64,000 bases of DNA from the NCBI GenBank assembly GCA_000092065.1, contig CP000591.1. One strand, written 5' to 3'. Shown here piece by piece: positions 54,662 through 64,000 of the stretch (positions are counted from its first letter, which is position 1; each line of letters starts with the position of its first letter). The position numbers and the translations under genes are program-made. The DNA is from Ostreococcus lucimarinus (Eukaryota). The notes beneath the pieces are model-generated. The model was not told the origin of the DNA. It was given only the letters and a program-made list of their open reading frames with translations, and made no database searches.

Positions 54662-56734
54662 TTAAAACTGAATATTGGCGATCTCGCTCGCGGTGGAAGA
54701 GACGTCCACGGGACCTGGGAGTAAGACGAGGAAGGCGACGGCGATGAGCGCGAAGGCGAGCGTGGCGCGGCCGTCGTCCACCTCGGTGACGTCGTCCTTG
54801 GGCGCGAATTCAGGCGTGCGTTGCGTGAGGACGATGTAAATGGCCCACGGTAACGCTAATGAACTGGCTATGATGCCGAAACTGAGCCCGATGTACGTAC
54901 CGAGGGAGGTGGCACCCAAGACGCGACGGCCGAACGCCGTTTGCGTCATGCGACCGCCGTCGATGGAACCGACGGGGAGCAAGTTTAGGGCTTGCGTCGT
55001 CAGCGCGCACCAGCCTGCGATGAAGTACGGATGCACCATCACACCCTTGGCGCCTGCGTGTAAGAAGAGTTGCGAGATGCCGCCGAGTAAGAGACTAGAG
55101 TTGAACAACGCGTTGGGAATGGGAATCAAATCCGGGCTGTCGCCGCCCATGGAGAGCGTCAAGCCGTACACGAACAAGTTCAGGGCAACCATACCTCCCG
55201 CAACGGGACCCGCAGCGGCGACGTCGAAGAGATCAGCGCGAGTTTCCGGCGTGCTCTTGATTTGCGTCAGCGTCCCGAACGTGCCGAGCTGGGAGTTCGG
55301 GATGAGAAAGGGAATGCCGATTTTAATCTTGCGCATGAAAGCCGCGATTTGATGTCCGACTTCGTGACCGACGCTCGCCGCCATGACGCCGATCGTCACG
55401 GGAAGCGCCGATTCGACGTACGCGACGGAGTCAAAGTTCTCCAACCCGGGTGGTAGAGCACCCTCGGGCAGTTCGACGTCGCCGGCTTGTTGCAACCAAG
55501 ACATCGTCTCCGGCGGGAGCTTGGACACCTCTGCCACCAAGCCGAGCTGCACGGCGGACCCGACGGTGAGACCCATGAGCGCCAATGCGAGAAGATACTG
55601 CCATCCCGCCGTGCCCGGACTCGGGCCCGCGCGATCGCTCGGGACGATGAGAAAACTCACGCGCGGACCGTACTTCGAGTCGATGGCGACGTCTCCGCTC
55701 GGACCATCCTCTCCCGGCGGTTCTTCAAGCATGAACGCCGTGTACTCGCCGTTGAACATGCGTTCAAGATCGGCTTGCACGGTTTCCCACACCTTGGCGC
55801 GCTCGGTGCGCAAGTTACCTTTGAATAATACCCCAGCTCCGTTCATCTCCGCCCCCAAGTTCTCCACGGCGGTGACGTAAAATGTTTGCATGCCAAAAAT
55901 TTCCTTCTTGATCCGCTCCACATCCTTCGGCGCGATCGCCGCCTCCTCGGGAGACTCCAAGATGTTCACTAACTTACTGAACGACGCCTGGAGCTCGGGG
56001 TCTTCATCCGCTTTCTTCCCCGACGCCTTATTCTTGCTCGCCCTGGCGCTCAAGTCGTTCAGAACCTTTTCCAACTCCTCGCCTTTGTCTTTCCCCAATC
56101 CCTGCCTCTGCGTCTCCGCATTCTTCAGCGCCTCCAGCGCTTGCGGGCTTATCGACGTGCCACTCACTCCCTCGTCCGAGCTCCCATCGTCCACCGAAGA
56201 CGCCGCGTCCTCGTCCGTGGACGGCTGTCGCAGCGTCGCTCGAAACGCCGCCTCTTCCTCCTCCTTCGCCTTCGCCTCCGCCTCGCTGTCGATCCCGAGC
56301 AACGCGTCCAAATCGCTCAGCGTCGTCTTCATGTCCACCGGCTCCAAATCCGACGACCCACTCACGTTCGGCGTCCAATCACCGCTCGCGTTCGCGTTCG
56401 CGTTCGCGTTCGCGTCTTCGGGTTTCCCCGTCGCCGCGCCGTCGTCGTCCCCGTCCGGCTTTTCGTCCTCCTCCCGCGCCTCGCCCTCGTCCCGGCTGAA
56501 GAACTTTTTCAAAAACCGCGCGCGCGTCGCGTCGCCGCGCCTTCGCGCGCCGCCGTCGCGCCGCGCCGCCGTCGCCATCGCCGACGTGGTCGATCGAGCG
56601 TCGTCATCTCTCTCGCGCGCCCTCGCGAGTCCATCGATCGCGCGTCGCGGTCGCGCCGCGCGCGTCGCGCACCGTCGCGTCGTCGCGCGACCGCGCGGCG
56701 CGGCGAGCGCGCGCATCGGCGCGCGCGCGGTCGT
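54662..56734 (-). CDS. EGY: chloroplast site-2 protease, peptidase M50 family (EGY1-like) with acidic N-terminal region
   Basis: HEVGHQIAAFMRKIKIGIPFLIPNSQLGTFGTLTQIKS contains the M50 HExxH zinc motif inside a TM helix. Multi-TM C-terminal half with the downstream LDGG motif (GSIDGGRM). Start set at the ATG at 56734 (MAMTTARAP..., transit-peptide-like), because the ORF upstream is Ser/Ala-rich antisense-type sequence. Confidence 0.7.
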   Translation of the reverse strand, partial: TTARAPMRALAAPRGRATTRRCATRAARPRRAIDGLARARERDDDARSTTSAMATAARRDGGARRRGDATRARFLKKFFSRDEGEAREEDEKPDGDDDGAATGKPEDANANANANASGDWTPNVSGSSDLEPVDMKTTLSDLDALLGIDSEAEAKAKEEEEAAFRATLRQPSTDEDAASSVDDGSSDEGVSGTSISPQALEALKNAETQRQGLGKDKGEELEKVLNDLSARASKNKASGKKADEDPELQASFSKLVNILESPEEAAIAPKDVERIKKEIFGMQTFYVTAVENLGAEMNGAGVLFKGNLRTERAKVWETVQADLERMFNGEYTAFMLEEPPGEDGPSGDVAIDSKYGPRVSFLIVPSDRAGPSPGTAGWQYLLALALMGLTVGSAVQLGLVAEVSKLPPETMSWLQQAGDVELPEGALPPGLENFDSVAYVESALPVTIGVMAASVGHEVGHQIAAFMRKIKIGIPFLIPNSQLGTFGTLTQIKSTPETRADLFDVAAAGPVAGGMVALNLFVYGLTLSMGGDSPDLIPIPNALFNSSLLLGGISQLFLHAGAKGVMVHPYFIAGWCALTTQALNLLPVGSIDGGRMTQTAFGRRVLGATSLGTYIGLSFGIIASSLALPWAIYIVLTQRTPEFAPKDDVTEVDDGRATLAFALIAVAFLVLLPGPVDVSSTASEIANIQF

Positions 56735-56753
56735 CATCGCCATTCCGCGTCGC

Positions 56754-56788
56754 CGTCTGACGATGCTGCGGTGCGCGCGCGCGCCGAC

Positions 56789-56825
<37 letters not shown>

Positions 56826-57614
56826 GGCGCGCGCGCGCGCGTCCGCCGCGCGTCGACGCGCGCGCGCGCGCTCGACGACGACGACGCGCGACGCGATTCG
56901 AGATTCGCGAGCGAGGACGAGCGCCGACGCGCCGTCGAGCGGCTCGCGCCGCCGAAGCGCGACGGCGATCGCGCCAAGCCGCGCCTGCGCGAGCTCGGAA
57001 AGAAGCGCGCGATGGGATTTACGAGCGGCGCGGCGTCGAGCGGGGAGGCGCGAGAGGCGGCGCGAAGGGCGAGGCTGGAGAGGCGAGACGCGCGAGCGAC
57101 GCGCGAGTCGAGAGAAATCATGTCGGCGATGCGCGACGCGCTGGACGCGTGGGAGAGCGAGATCGATGGGATGACGGATTTCGCGCGCGCGAGCGTCTTG
57201 GAACAGGCGTCGACGGCGACGGAGATGTTCGAGAGGCTTCGAGACGAAGGGTTCGGCGCGGTCGAGAGCGCCTTCGCGGTGATGAGCTGGATGGACGACG
57301 CGATCGAGGACGCCGCGGCGCGCGCGGACGAGGACGCGGCGACGTCGACGTCGACGTCGAAGGAACGGGTCGAGGACGCGTCGAAGGCGTCGAAGTCGAA
57401 AACGGCGCCGGACGGCGTCGTCGGCGCGCTCTCCGACGCGCTGAGACAATGGTTCGCGATAGACATCACAGAGTTGGAGGATGGTCGCAAATCGATCGTC
57501 GTCAACGCGAGCGCGGAGTTTTTAGCGGTTTTCATTCTGCTTCTCGTCGCGTCGGCGCACTTTGGCGGTGAGTTAGTGAGCGACTTCTTGGCGCCCGACC
57601 CGCTGCTGCGGTGA
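56754..57614 (+). CDS. hypothetical acidic protein with C-terminal hydrophobic tail-anchor
   Basis: ATG at 56754 (alternative at 57012). Coding-like composition (MSAMRDALDAWESEIDGMTDFARASVLEQASTATEMFERLRDEGFGAVESAFAVMSWMDDAIED...) ending in AEFLAVFILLLVASAHFGGELV, a tail-anchor-type TM. It overlaps in antisense the non-coding-looking extension of the S2P ORF. Confidence 0.35.
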
Positions 57615-57795
57615 GCTCGGAACGAGTTCGGGAACGAGTCGCGGACGATGAATGAGTTGGGAATAGCGTGCGTTTAGAATCGCGCGAGTTTAGCATCGAC
57701 GATAGCAGCGGTCGACCCGACGCGGTTGTAACGCACGACGACGACGACGACGACGCGCCCGCGGCGCCAGCAGCGCCGCACATCGCGACGTCGAG

Positions 57796-59079
57796 ATGTC
57801 TCGTCGCGCGGTCGACGCCGCGCGCGACGACCGAGTCGTGTCGTGCGATGACGACGTCGACTCGCGTTCGCTCGCGTCCGATCCGTCGCGCGCGTCCACG
57901 TCGCACGCGGCGACGACGGATTTCGCCGTGCTCTTGCACCCGACCGCGCACTTCATCCTCGTCGCCGCGGCCACTATTGGCTCGCTCGCGCTGTACGGCG
58001 TCTTGCAAGAGCGCGTGATGACGATTCCGTACGCGCGCGAGCGCGGTGAGAGCGTGGCGCTGGGCCGTGGCGATGGCGGCGACGGCGGCGCGTTGGCTCG
58101 GGCGTTGCGAGGGGCGTTCACGCGCCGCGGCGAGACGAGCGCGGCCGAGGACGCGCCATCGAAGGAGGACGTATTCACGTGCAGCATGTTTCTAGTTTTC
58201 ATGAATCGCTGGGTCGCGCTCGCGTCCTCGGGGGCGTTGGCGATGGTGACGGGATGGGGCGGAGGCGCGACGCGCGGCGGCGCCAAGGATTACGCCGCGG
58301 TGTCCTTTAGTAATCTCGTCGCCACGGTGTGTCAGTACGAGGTGCTGAAGTACTTGACGTACAGCGTGAGCACGCTCGCTAAGACGATGAAGGTGGTGCC
58401 GGTGATGATTTGGGGACAGTTTTTAGGAGAGAAGAAATTTACGTCGCGAGAATACTTTGACGCGGCGGTGATGACGTTCGGATGTTTCGTCTTCGTCGCC
58501 AATCGTGGTTGGCGCAGCGCGGTGCAGAAGCGATACGAGGGTGAGTACGACGAATCGTCCTTGGAATGGGCCGCCAACGCCGGTTTTCTGATATTGGCTG
58601 TGTACTTTGTCTTCGACGGCTTCACGTCGACGTTTCAACAAAAGATGTACCGCCGAGATGGCGTCACGGTTACGGCACAAGTATTCTTCACGTCATTTTT
58701 CACAACCGTATTCGGGTTCGCTTGGCTCGTCATCACCGACCAGCTTTCGCCCTCGATTCGGTTCGTGCACGACCACCCAGCGATCGTTGGCGACATTTTA
58801 TTATTGAGCTGCGCGTCCACCGTCGCGCAATTCAGCATCGCGTACACCATCAAGAGCTACTCCGCCGTCATCTTAGCCTCCATCATGACGTTCCGCCAAT
58901 TCCTCAGCGTCCTCATCAGCTGCTACGTGTTCAGTTCGCCGCTCAACGTCGTGCAGTGGCTCGGCATCTTGCTCATACTCGCCCCCTTGACGTTCAAGCA
59001 CGTCGCCTTCGCGAATTGGGCCGAATCCGCGCACCCGTCGTCGTCCAAATCCGACGACGATCGCTTGAACGCCCTGTAA
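57796..59079 (+). CDS. nucleotide-sugar/PAPS transporter, SLC35B (UAA) family
   Basis: ATG at 57796. ~10 predicted TM helices. LALYGVLQERVM near TM1, KYLTYSVSTLAKTMKVVPVMIWG and FRQFLSVLISCYVF are characteristic of UAA/SLC35B transporters. Confidence 0.65.
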   Translation: MSRRAVDAARDDRVVSCDDDVDSRSLASDPSRASTSHAATTDFAVLLHPTAHFILVAAATIGSLALYGVLQERVMTIPYARERGESVALGRGDGGDGGALARALRGAFTRRGETSAAEDAPSKEDVFTCSMFLVFMNRWVALASSGALAMVTGWGGGATRGGAKDYAAVSFSNLVATVCQYEVLKYLTYSVSTLAKTMKVVPVMIWGQFLGEKKFTSREYFDAAVMTFGCFVFVANRGWRSAVQKRYEGEYDESSLEWAANAGFLILAVYFVFDGFTSTFQQKMYRRDGVTVTAQVFFTSFFTTVFGFAWLVITDQLSPSIRFVHDHPAIVGDILLLSCASTVAQFSIAYTIKSYSAVILASIMTFRQFLSVLISCYVFSSPLNVVQWLGILLILAPLTFKHVAFANWAESAHPSSSKSDDDRLNAL

Positions 59080-59280
59080 TCCACGCTCTCTCGCGCCCGC
59101 GTTCGCCTCGAATCGCGCGCGCGCCGTCGCCATCGCTCTCATCCGTCGTCGTCCGGCGTCGTCGTTCGAGATTCGTCGTTCGAGTCGCGTCCCTCGGCGC
59201 GGCGTCTTTGAATCCCCGTTCGAGCTGTCGGTGCGACATCGATCGTCATCATCGGACGCGTCGCGTCGCGCGCGGCGCGC

Positions 59281-61881
59281 ATGTCCATAGCTGCGTGGTC
59301 CACCGCGCGCGACGCCGCGACCGCGTTCGCCGCGCGCGACGCCCTCGTCCCGATCGACGACGCCGCGCGCGCCGCGTTCGCCGAACTGCGGTCGCAGCGC
59401 TGCGAAGACTTGCTCGAGCGCGCGTTTCTCCGCGCGTTCGAGCGCGCGCTGCGCGACGACGCGCTCCCGCGATGGCGCGAAGCGTGCGCGATGCCGTCGT
59501 CGATCGACGCGGGCGCGCTGGAGCGGACGAACGCGGAGGAGAGGGACGAAGAGGAGGAGGAGACGCGCGCGCGCGCCGAGGGGTGGACGCGAGCGGAGGC
59601 GGCGCCGGCGACGACGGCGTTCGCGGAGTGGATCGAAAGAGGGCGCGAACGCGCGCGAGCGTTCAGCGCGGGCGTGCGGGGGGTGAGTGAGGACGATGAC
59701 GCGGTGCGGACGTTCGAACGGGCGTTCGATGCGATGGTGGGAGGAACGTGCGCGGCGCGGGGACCGCCGCGGTTGTCGGCGATTTTGAGCGCGTGGTACA
59801 GAGCGAGAGCGCGGGAGTTTGATCACGCCGTGCGTAAGAGGTGGGGGGAGACGAGCGATGATGACGAGAACGATAGGATGGAGACGAGCGTACTCGAGCG
59901 GCAGAGCTCGATCGGGGCGGATATAGCGAGTTGTGGCGAGGTCATGGGGAGGGCGTGGGCGGCGGAGACGAGCGCGATGGGCGAAACGTTGGCGCGATGT
60001 CACGCGTCGTTGGGACGAGTGGCGGAAAATGCGGCGGCTCGGGCGTTAGGAGAGTGTGTGAAGCGACATGTCATTCGTCGCTGTCGCGGTGCGTTCGATG
60101 CGCCGAAGCTGTGGCCGACGTTACGATGGGTTCGAGCGGTGCCGCTCGAGTTTTTCAAGACGGCACTGCGATTAAAGCGCGTCGACGGCGCGGCAATCGA
60201 GTCTTGGCGCGGGCGATTAGAATACACCGTGCACGAACACCTCGGCGCGCTGCGCATTCACGAGCTGTTCGACATTATTGTCGACTATCCTGACTCTTTG
60301 CCCGCGATTACGGATTTGCGCACGTGTTTACAAAACACGACGCTACACGCGGCGCTCGTGGACTCGTTCGTCGACGCGATGCGGTCACGTTTACTCCACG
60401 CCGGCGCTTCGACGGTAGACATCGTGCAGCAGTACATCGGTACGATCAAAACTCTGCTCGAGCTTGACCCTTCGGGCGTCGTCCTCGAACTCGTGAGCGG
60501 GCCCGTGAAGGAATACTTGCGCGAGCGCAAAGATACCATTCGCTGTGTTGTGACGATGCTCACTGATGACGGCGGTGAAGACGGCGGCGAAGGCGGCGAA
60601 GGCGCACTTTACGTTGAGCTCGGTCGTCTCGCACGAGGAGAAAGCATAGAAATCGCCGAGTCGAGCGTGCCAGCGCCGAATCCAAACGCCACTGTGAGCG
60701 GAACAGACAACTTGGACCGAATGGACAGCATCACGGCTGAGATGGTCGCCATCGCCGCCGGAGCGAACGATGACGATCTAGCCGACGGTGTGCAGTCAAC
60801 ACAGCAAGTTCTGTCGGGCTGGGACGCATGGGAGCCCGAGCCCGTGGAGACGGAGGCCGCGGCGAGTCGCGGACGTCGACGCAAAGCGGGAGACATCATC
60901 GGTCTTCTGGTCGGCATTTACGGCTCAAAGGAACTCTTCATCAACGAGTATCGTACCATGCTCGCGGAAAAACTATTGAGCAAGTCGAATTACGATACTG
61001 AGCGTGAAATGCACGCGTTGGAGTTGTTGAAGCTTCGATTCGGTGAGACGAGCTTGCACAACTGCGAAGTCATGCTCAAAGATTTCGCCGACAGTAAGCG
61101 CGCCAACGCCAACATCAAGACGCGTCCGACGACGGGTACTCCGTCCGCGAAGGACAGACGCACGAGTGATATTTTGATACAGACGCCCGTTGAGGCGACG
61201 ATCGTGTCATCGTTGTTCTGGCCCGCGTTCTCGACCGATTTGACCGATTTCAAACTCCCCACAGAGATTCAAGAACACATGGATGCGTACGCGAGACGAT
61301 ATCATCAAATCAAGGCGCCGCGTAAAATGGAATGGAAGGCTTCTCTTGGTACGGTGGTCATGGACGTCACGCACAACGATCGAACGTTCGAGGCGAGCGT
61401 GAATCCCCTGCAGGCGGCGATTTTGCATTACTTCCAACGAGAGAAAGTTTGGCGAGCGAATGATTTAGCGAACGCCTTGGGCGTGAGCGTGGACGCTCTG
61501 CGCAAACGTATAGTCATTTGGATGAACAACGGCGTGCTCGTCGAGCGAAAGGAAGGGCATGTCATATCATACGCGCTCGCGGAACCTTCGGATGAAGTCG
61601 ACGCCATGGATGGCGTACACGACGACGATGAGCACGTCAGCGGCGTCGCGACGGCGGAGGAAACCGCCGCGGCGGGAATGATGGTGTACGAGCAATACAT
61701 CATGGGTATGCTGACCAATTTCCCGAGCCTACCGCTCGATCGCATCCATAATATGCTGAAAATGTTCGTCGTCGAACCTGTGTACGATAAAACCGTGGCA
61801 GAGCTCGAGGGTTTCTTGTTAGAACTCGTCGCGCAGGATAAACTCGCGATGGATGGTTCGGCGTTCGCGAAGAAAAAGTAA
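59281..61881 (+). CDS. APC2: anaphase-promoting complex subunit 2 (APC2), cullin-homology + C-terminal APC2 winged-helix domain
   Basis: ATG at 59281. Cullin-homology core (LLVGIYGSKELFINEYRTMLAEKLLSKSNYDTEREMHALELLKLRFGETSLHNCEVMLKD) and the C-terminal ANAPC2-type winged helix (LANALGVSVDALRKRIVIWMNNGVLVERKEGHVISYAL). Confidence 0.7.
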   Translation: MSIAAWSTARDAATAFAARDALVPIDDAARAAFAELRSQRCEDLLERAFLRAFERALRDDALPRWREACAMPSSIDAGALERTNAEERDEEEEETRARAEGWTRAEAAPATTAFAEWIERGRERARAFSAGVRGVSEDDDAVRTFERAFDAMVGGTCAARGPPRLSAILSAWYRARAREFDHAVRKRWGETSDDDENDRMETSVLERQSSIGADIASCGEVMGRAWAAETSAMGETLARCHASLGRVAENAAARALGECVKRHVIRRCRGAFDAPKLWPTLRWVRAVPLEFFKTALRLKRVDGAAIESWRGRLEYTVHEHLGALRIHELFDIIVDYPDSLPAITDLRTCLQNTTLHAALVDSFVDAMRSRLLHAGASTVDIVQQYIGTIKTLLELDPSGVVLELVSGPVKEYLRERKDTIRCVVTMLTDDGGEDGGEGGEGALYVELGRLARGESIEIAESSVPAPNPNATVSGTDNLDRMDSITAEMVAIAAGANDDDLADGVQSTQQVLSGWDAWEPEPVETEAAASRGRRRKAGDIIGLLVGIYGSKELFINEYRTMLAEKLLSKSNYDTEREMHALELLKLRFGETSLHNCEVMLKDFADSKRANANIKTRPTTGTPSAKDRRTSDILIQTPVEATIVSSLFWPAFSTDLTDFKLPTEIQEHMDAYARRYHQIKAPRKMEWKASLGTVVMDVTHNDRTFEASVNPLQAAILHYFQREKVWRANDLANALGVSVDALRKRIVIWMNNGVLVERKEGHVISYALAEPSDEVDAMDGVHDDDEHVSGVATAEETAAAGMMVYEQYIMGMLTNFPSLPLDRIHNMLKMFVVEPVYDKTVAELEGFLLELVAQDKLAMDGSAFAKKK

Positions 61882-62027
61882 ATAGTGATCACGACGGATC
61901 CGCGTTATAGATAATACAACAGATTAGCAACATATACGATGCGTCGCAGCGGGCGGGCGTGTGTGCGTGGTCGTTTCATGATTTTCTTGTTTGTTGCTTC
62001 TCGAGGCTCGCTCTTCGGCTTGCTCGC

Positions 62028-62831
62028 CTACTTGTCGTCCAACACCGGGAAACCCTTCATCTCCTTTATTTGCCTCAACTGGTCTTCGTTCAAGTTCTCT
62101 TTGATTTGACGCCCGATTTGCGTCTGTTCGAGCGCTAAATCCAAGCTCCATTCGCTCGGCGACGGCTTTTCGTTTTGACTCGGCGGCAAGCGGCTCAGCA
62201 TGACCTCGTAAAGCATCTTCCCATCCATGATGATCGGAAAGAAGTGCGGCTGTCCATCGCTCTTTGTCTGCGTCTCCTTAAAGTACACCAAGCACGGAAA
62301 TCCCGGCCACCAGAACTCCCAATTCGTGATGGTGTCGTACGCCCAGCGATTCTCCCCGCCGCCCTGCAGTTTATTATCGCCGCTCGACGCCACGTCCGTC
62401 GCCAGCGCCGCCGAGTCATCCGCCCCCGGTTCGATGAACACCACCTCCAGATCCGTTCGCGTGAACCGAAATCGCACGCGCGACGCCTGAAACGCGAGAA
62501 ATCCGCCCAGGACCCCGTGCACCAAGAACTGCGTCCAGAGGTGCAGCGCCGGTCCCGTGAGCAGCGCGACGCCGAGCAGCACGCCGCCGACGCGATAGTC
62601 CCCCGGCACGACCACGACGTCGTCATCGAGCGACGACGCGCGCGTCGCGACGCTCGCGCGCGCGCGCGCCGCCGTCCTCGGTCGGATCGATTCGATTTCG
62701 ATCGTTCGCCGAACGCCAACCGTCGCGCGTTTGAGCGCCAACGCGTCGCGCGCGCGCGCGCCGCGCCCCGTTCGACGCGCGCACGCGTTCAAGGGCGCGC
62801 TCGCGCGCGCGAGTGCGGACGCGCAGCGCAT
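62028..62831 (-). CDS. conserved hypothetical protein (DUF3119-like, cyanobacterial/plastid lineage) with transit-peptide-like N-terminus
   Basis: True ATG at 62831. Basic presequence, then two hydrophobic helices (VGGVLLGVALLTGPALHLW, FLVHGVLGGFLAF) and a conserved-looking C-terminal domain (WAYDTITNWEFWWPGFPCLVYFKETQTKSDGQPHFFPIIMDGKMLYEVM). The family name comes from pattern memory only. Confidence 0.45.
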   Translation of the reverse strand: MRCASALARASAPLNACARRTGRGARARDALALKRATVGVRRTIEIESIRPRTAARARASVATRASSLDDDVVVVPGDYRVGGVLLGVALLTGPALHLWTQFLVHGVLGGFLAFQASRVRFRFTRTDLEVVFIEPGADDSAALATDVASSGDNKLQGGGENRWAYDTITNWEFWWPGFPCLVYFKETQTKSDGQPHFFPIIMDGKMLYEVMLSRLPPSQNEKPSPSEWSLDLALEQTQIGRQIKENLNEDQLRQIKEMKGFPVLDDK

Positions 62832-62909
62832 GGTTCGCTCGCGGACGCGCGATGCGCGGCGAGATGTGCGGCGCGGTCGGTCGGTCGCCGTCAGTCCGCG
62901 ACGCGCGAC

Positions 62910-64000
62910 ATGGCGTCGCGCGGCGCGGCGATGGCGCGCGCGGCGCTCGGCGTCGTCGACGCGAACGCGAACGCGCGCGCGCGCGCGCGGGACGACGGCG
63001 CGGGCGATCGAGCGGCGAAGAGGGCGGCGGGACGGGACGACGGCGGCGCGGGGTGTTTGAATTCAAACTCGAGCGCGACGAAACGACGGCGGAGCGACGC
63101 GGGAAGGCGCGCGGACGACGCGCGGGACGCGAGGGAGGAGGACAAACGTAGCGCGCGAGCGTCCGGGGCGAACGAGGTCGCGCGGGCGACGACGGGGGAG
63201 GCGGTGGCGGCGAATGAACGACAGAGGCTGCCGAAAAAGTTTGAAACGCTGCGAGCGACGAGCGAGGCGGCGTTGGTCGTCGCGCGATTCATGCGCGCGC
63301 GAGGGCAGAGGGCGACCGCGGATGCGATGTGTGCGAATATTGAGCGATCGACGGGGCGGCGGTGCTCGTTGGAGACGTTGCGGATGGTGGCGGCGTGCGC
63401 GCCGGCGGGGACGATTACGTTTCGAGCGAAGACGAGTCGGGCGGATGATTTGAAGAACATTCACGTGGATGTGGATTTAGGCATCGAGGAGGGATCGAGT
63501 GGGAACGATAAGGCTGGGATGGTCGCCATGCGGGCGAAAATGGCGGCGATACGGGCGAAGATGGTTATGATTGTGGCGAACACGCACGAAGGCGACGCGT
63601 ACGACGCCTCGGCGGCGCCGCCAGAGTCGTGGCGCGAGGATTTCGATCTCGAAAGCGTCCCTCTGCCCGAACCGGTGAAAATCGCGTTCATGGAAGATTC
63701 ATCGAGAGACGGTCCGCGACTGTTATCGTCCACGAGCGCGCCGTTGCTCGGCGAAGCGTCGACCTCGGCGCTCGGTCGCGGCGGCGTGAGCGAAGGAGAG
63801 CTCACGCGCGCCATGTCAGATTTGGGTCCGGACGGTAAAGGCATCTCCGCGCGCGCCGTTCAAGCCGTGCTTGAGCGACAAGCCATCGTCGAGGCGTTCA
63901 ATGATCCCAGCGCCGTGGCTGATCGCGAGCGGCGTCGTCTGCACGGTCGACTTCCGCACGTCTTCGACGCCGTGCGCACCGCCTTCGCCGCGCGCAAGCG
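62910..64000 (+). CDS. CDT1: CDT1-like DNA replication licensing factor (5' partial; runs off the window end)
   Basis: First ATG at 62910 after the divergent gene; the frame is open to position 64000. RLPKKFETLRATSEAALVVARFMRARGQRATADAMCANIER parallels the human CDT1 LPEKYELLAEFFRALD... winged-helix region, and ESWREDFDLESVPLPEPVKIAF parallels human [21 protein letters not shown]. Confidence 0.5.
   Translation, partial: MASRGAAMARAALGVVDANANARARARDDGAGDRAAKRAAGRDDGGAGCLNSNSSATKRRRSDAGRRADDARDAREEDKRSARASGANEVARATTGEAVAANERQRLPKKFETLRATSEAALVVARFMRARGQRATADAMCANIERSTGRRCSLETLRMVAACAPAGTITFRAKTSRADDLKNIHVDVDLGIEEGSSGNDKAGMVAMRAKMAAIRAKMVMIVANTHEGDAYDASAAPPESWREDFDLESVPLPEPVKIAFMEDSSRDGPRLLSSTSAPLLGEASTSALGRGGVSEGELTRAMSDLGPDGKGISARAVQAVLERQAIVEAFNDPSAVADRERRRLHGRLPHVFDAVRTAFAARK

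Noticed and set aside
55890-56753. 5' part of the 574-aa + ORF and the overlapping Arg-rich ORF 56141..57571
   Set aside because: This segment is antisense to the well-supported M50 protease core (HEVGH region) and Ser-rich. I kept only the part beyond the S2P start as a candidate gene.
58566-60003. ORFs 58566..59690 (+) and 58873..60003 (-) overlapping the SLC35B-like and APC2 genes
   Set aside because: Arg-rich, wrong-frame or antisense to two genes with good family-level support.
1-64000. Transposons, integrases, introner-like repeated introns, tRNA/rRNA genes
   Set aside because: No transposase, integrase or reverse-transcriptase motifs were seen in any frame. The two introns found share only their GTACGT donors, not their bodies. 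I could not recognise any tRNA cloverleaf or rDNA by eye. Absence is not proven without tRNAscan/Infernal.

Overview
The window is nuclear DNA from a very GC-rich, gene-dense eukaryote, most plausibly a Mamiellophyceae-like green picoalga (Micromonas/Ostreococcus type). This lineage call is inferred from gene content (Mot1/BTAF1, APC2, BRCA2, Cdt1, ATG13, Hip, Rpp30) and from nuclear copies of plastid-function genes (TatC, acetolactate synthase small subunit, glutamyl-tRNA reductase, Toc75/OEP80-like Omp85, an EGY-type site-2 protease). About 40 protein-coding genes are packed head-to-head or tail-to-tail, often with intergenic spacers under 100 bp. I could model only two introns with confidence, in Mot1 and in HemA, and both have GTACGT donors. 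The supplied ORF track uses TTG/GTG/CTG as starts and so over-extends many ORFs through Arg/Ser/Ala-rich antisense or UTR sequence, which I trimmed to the first plausible ATG where I could. The standout feature is a ~9.7 kb intronless gene (30610..40278, +) encoding a ~3,200-aa predicted type-II membrane protein. Its ectodomain is ~75 tandem 38-aa cysteine- and histidine-rich repeats of the form CD..C..N.rV.gH.C..CP.G..N..GDDAS..DT. (4 Cys per repeat), resembling ephrin-receptor-like/GCC2_GCC3-type modules. The repeats are organised into near-identical higher-order DNA repeats of 570 bp and ~1.37-1.48 kb, which indicates recent unequal crossing-over or gene conversion and carries a real risk of assembly collapse. 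I found no rRNA, tRNA, CRISPR array or recognisable transposon.
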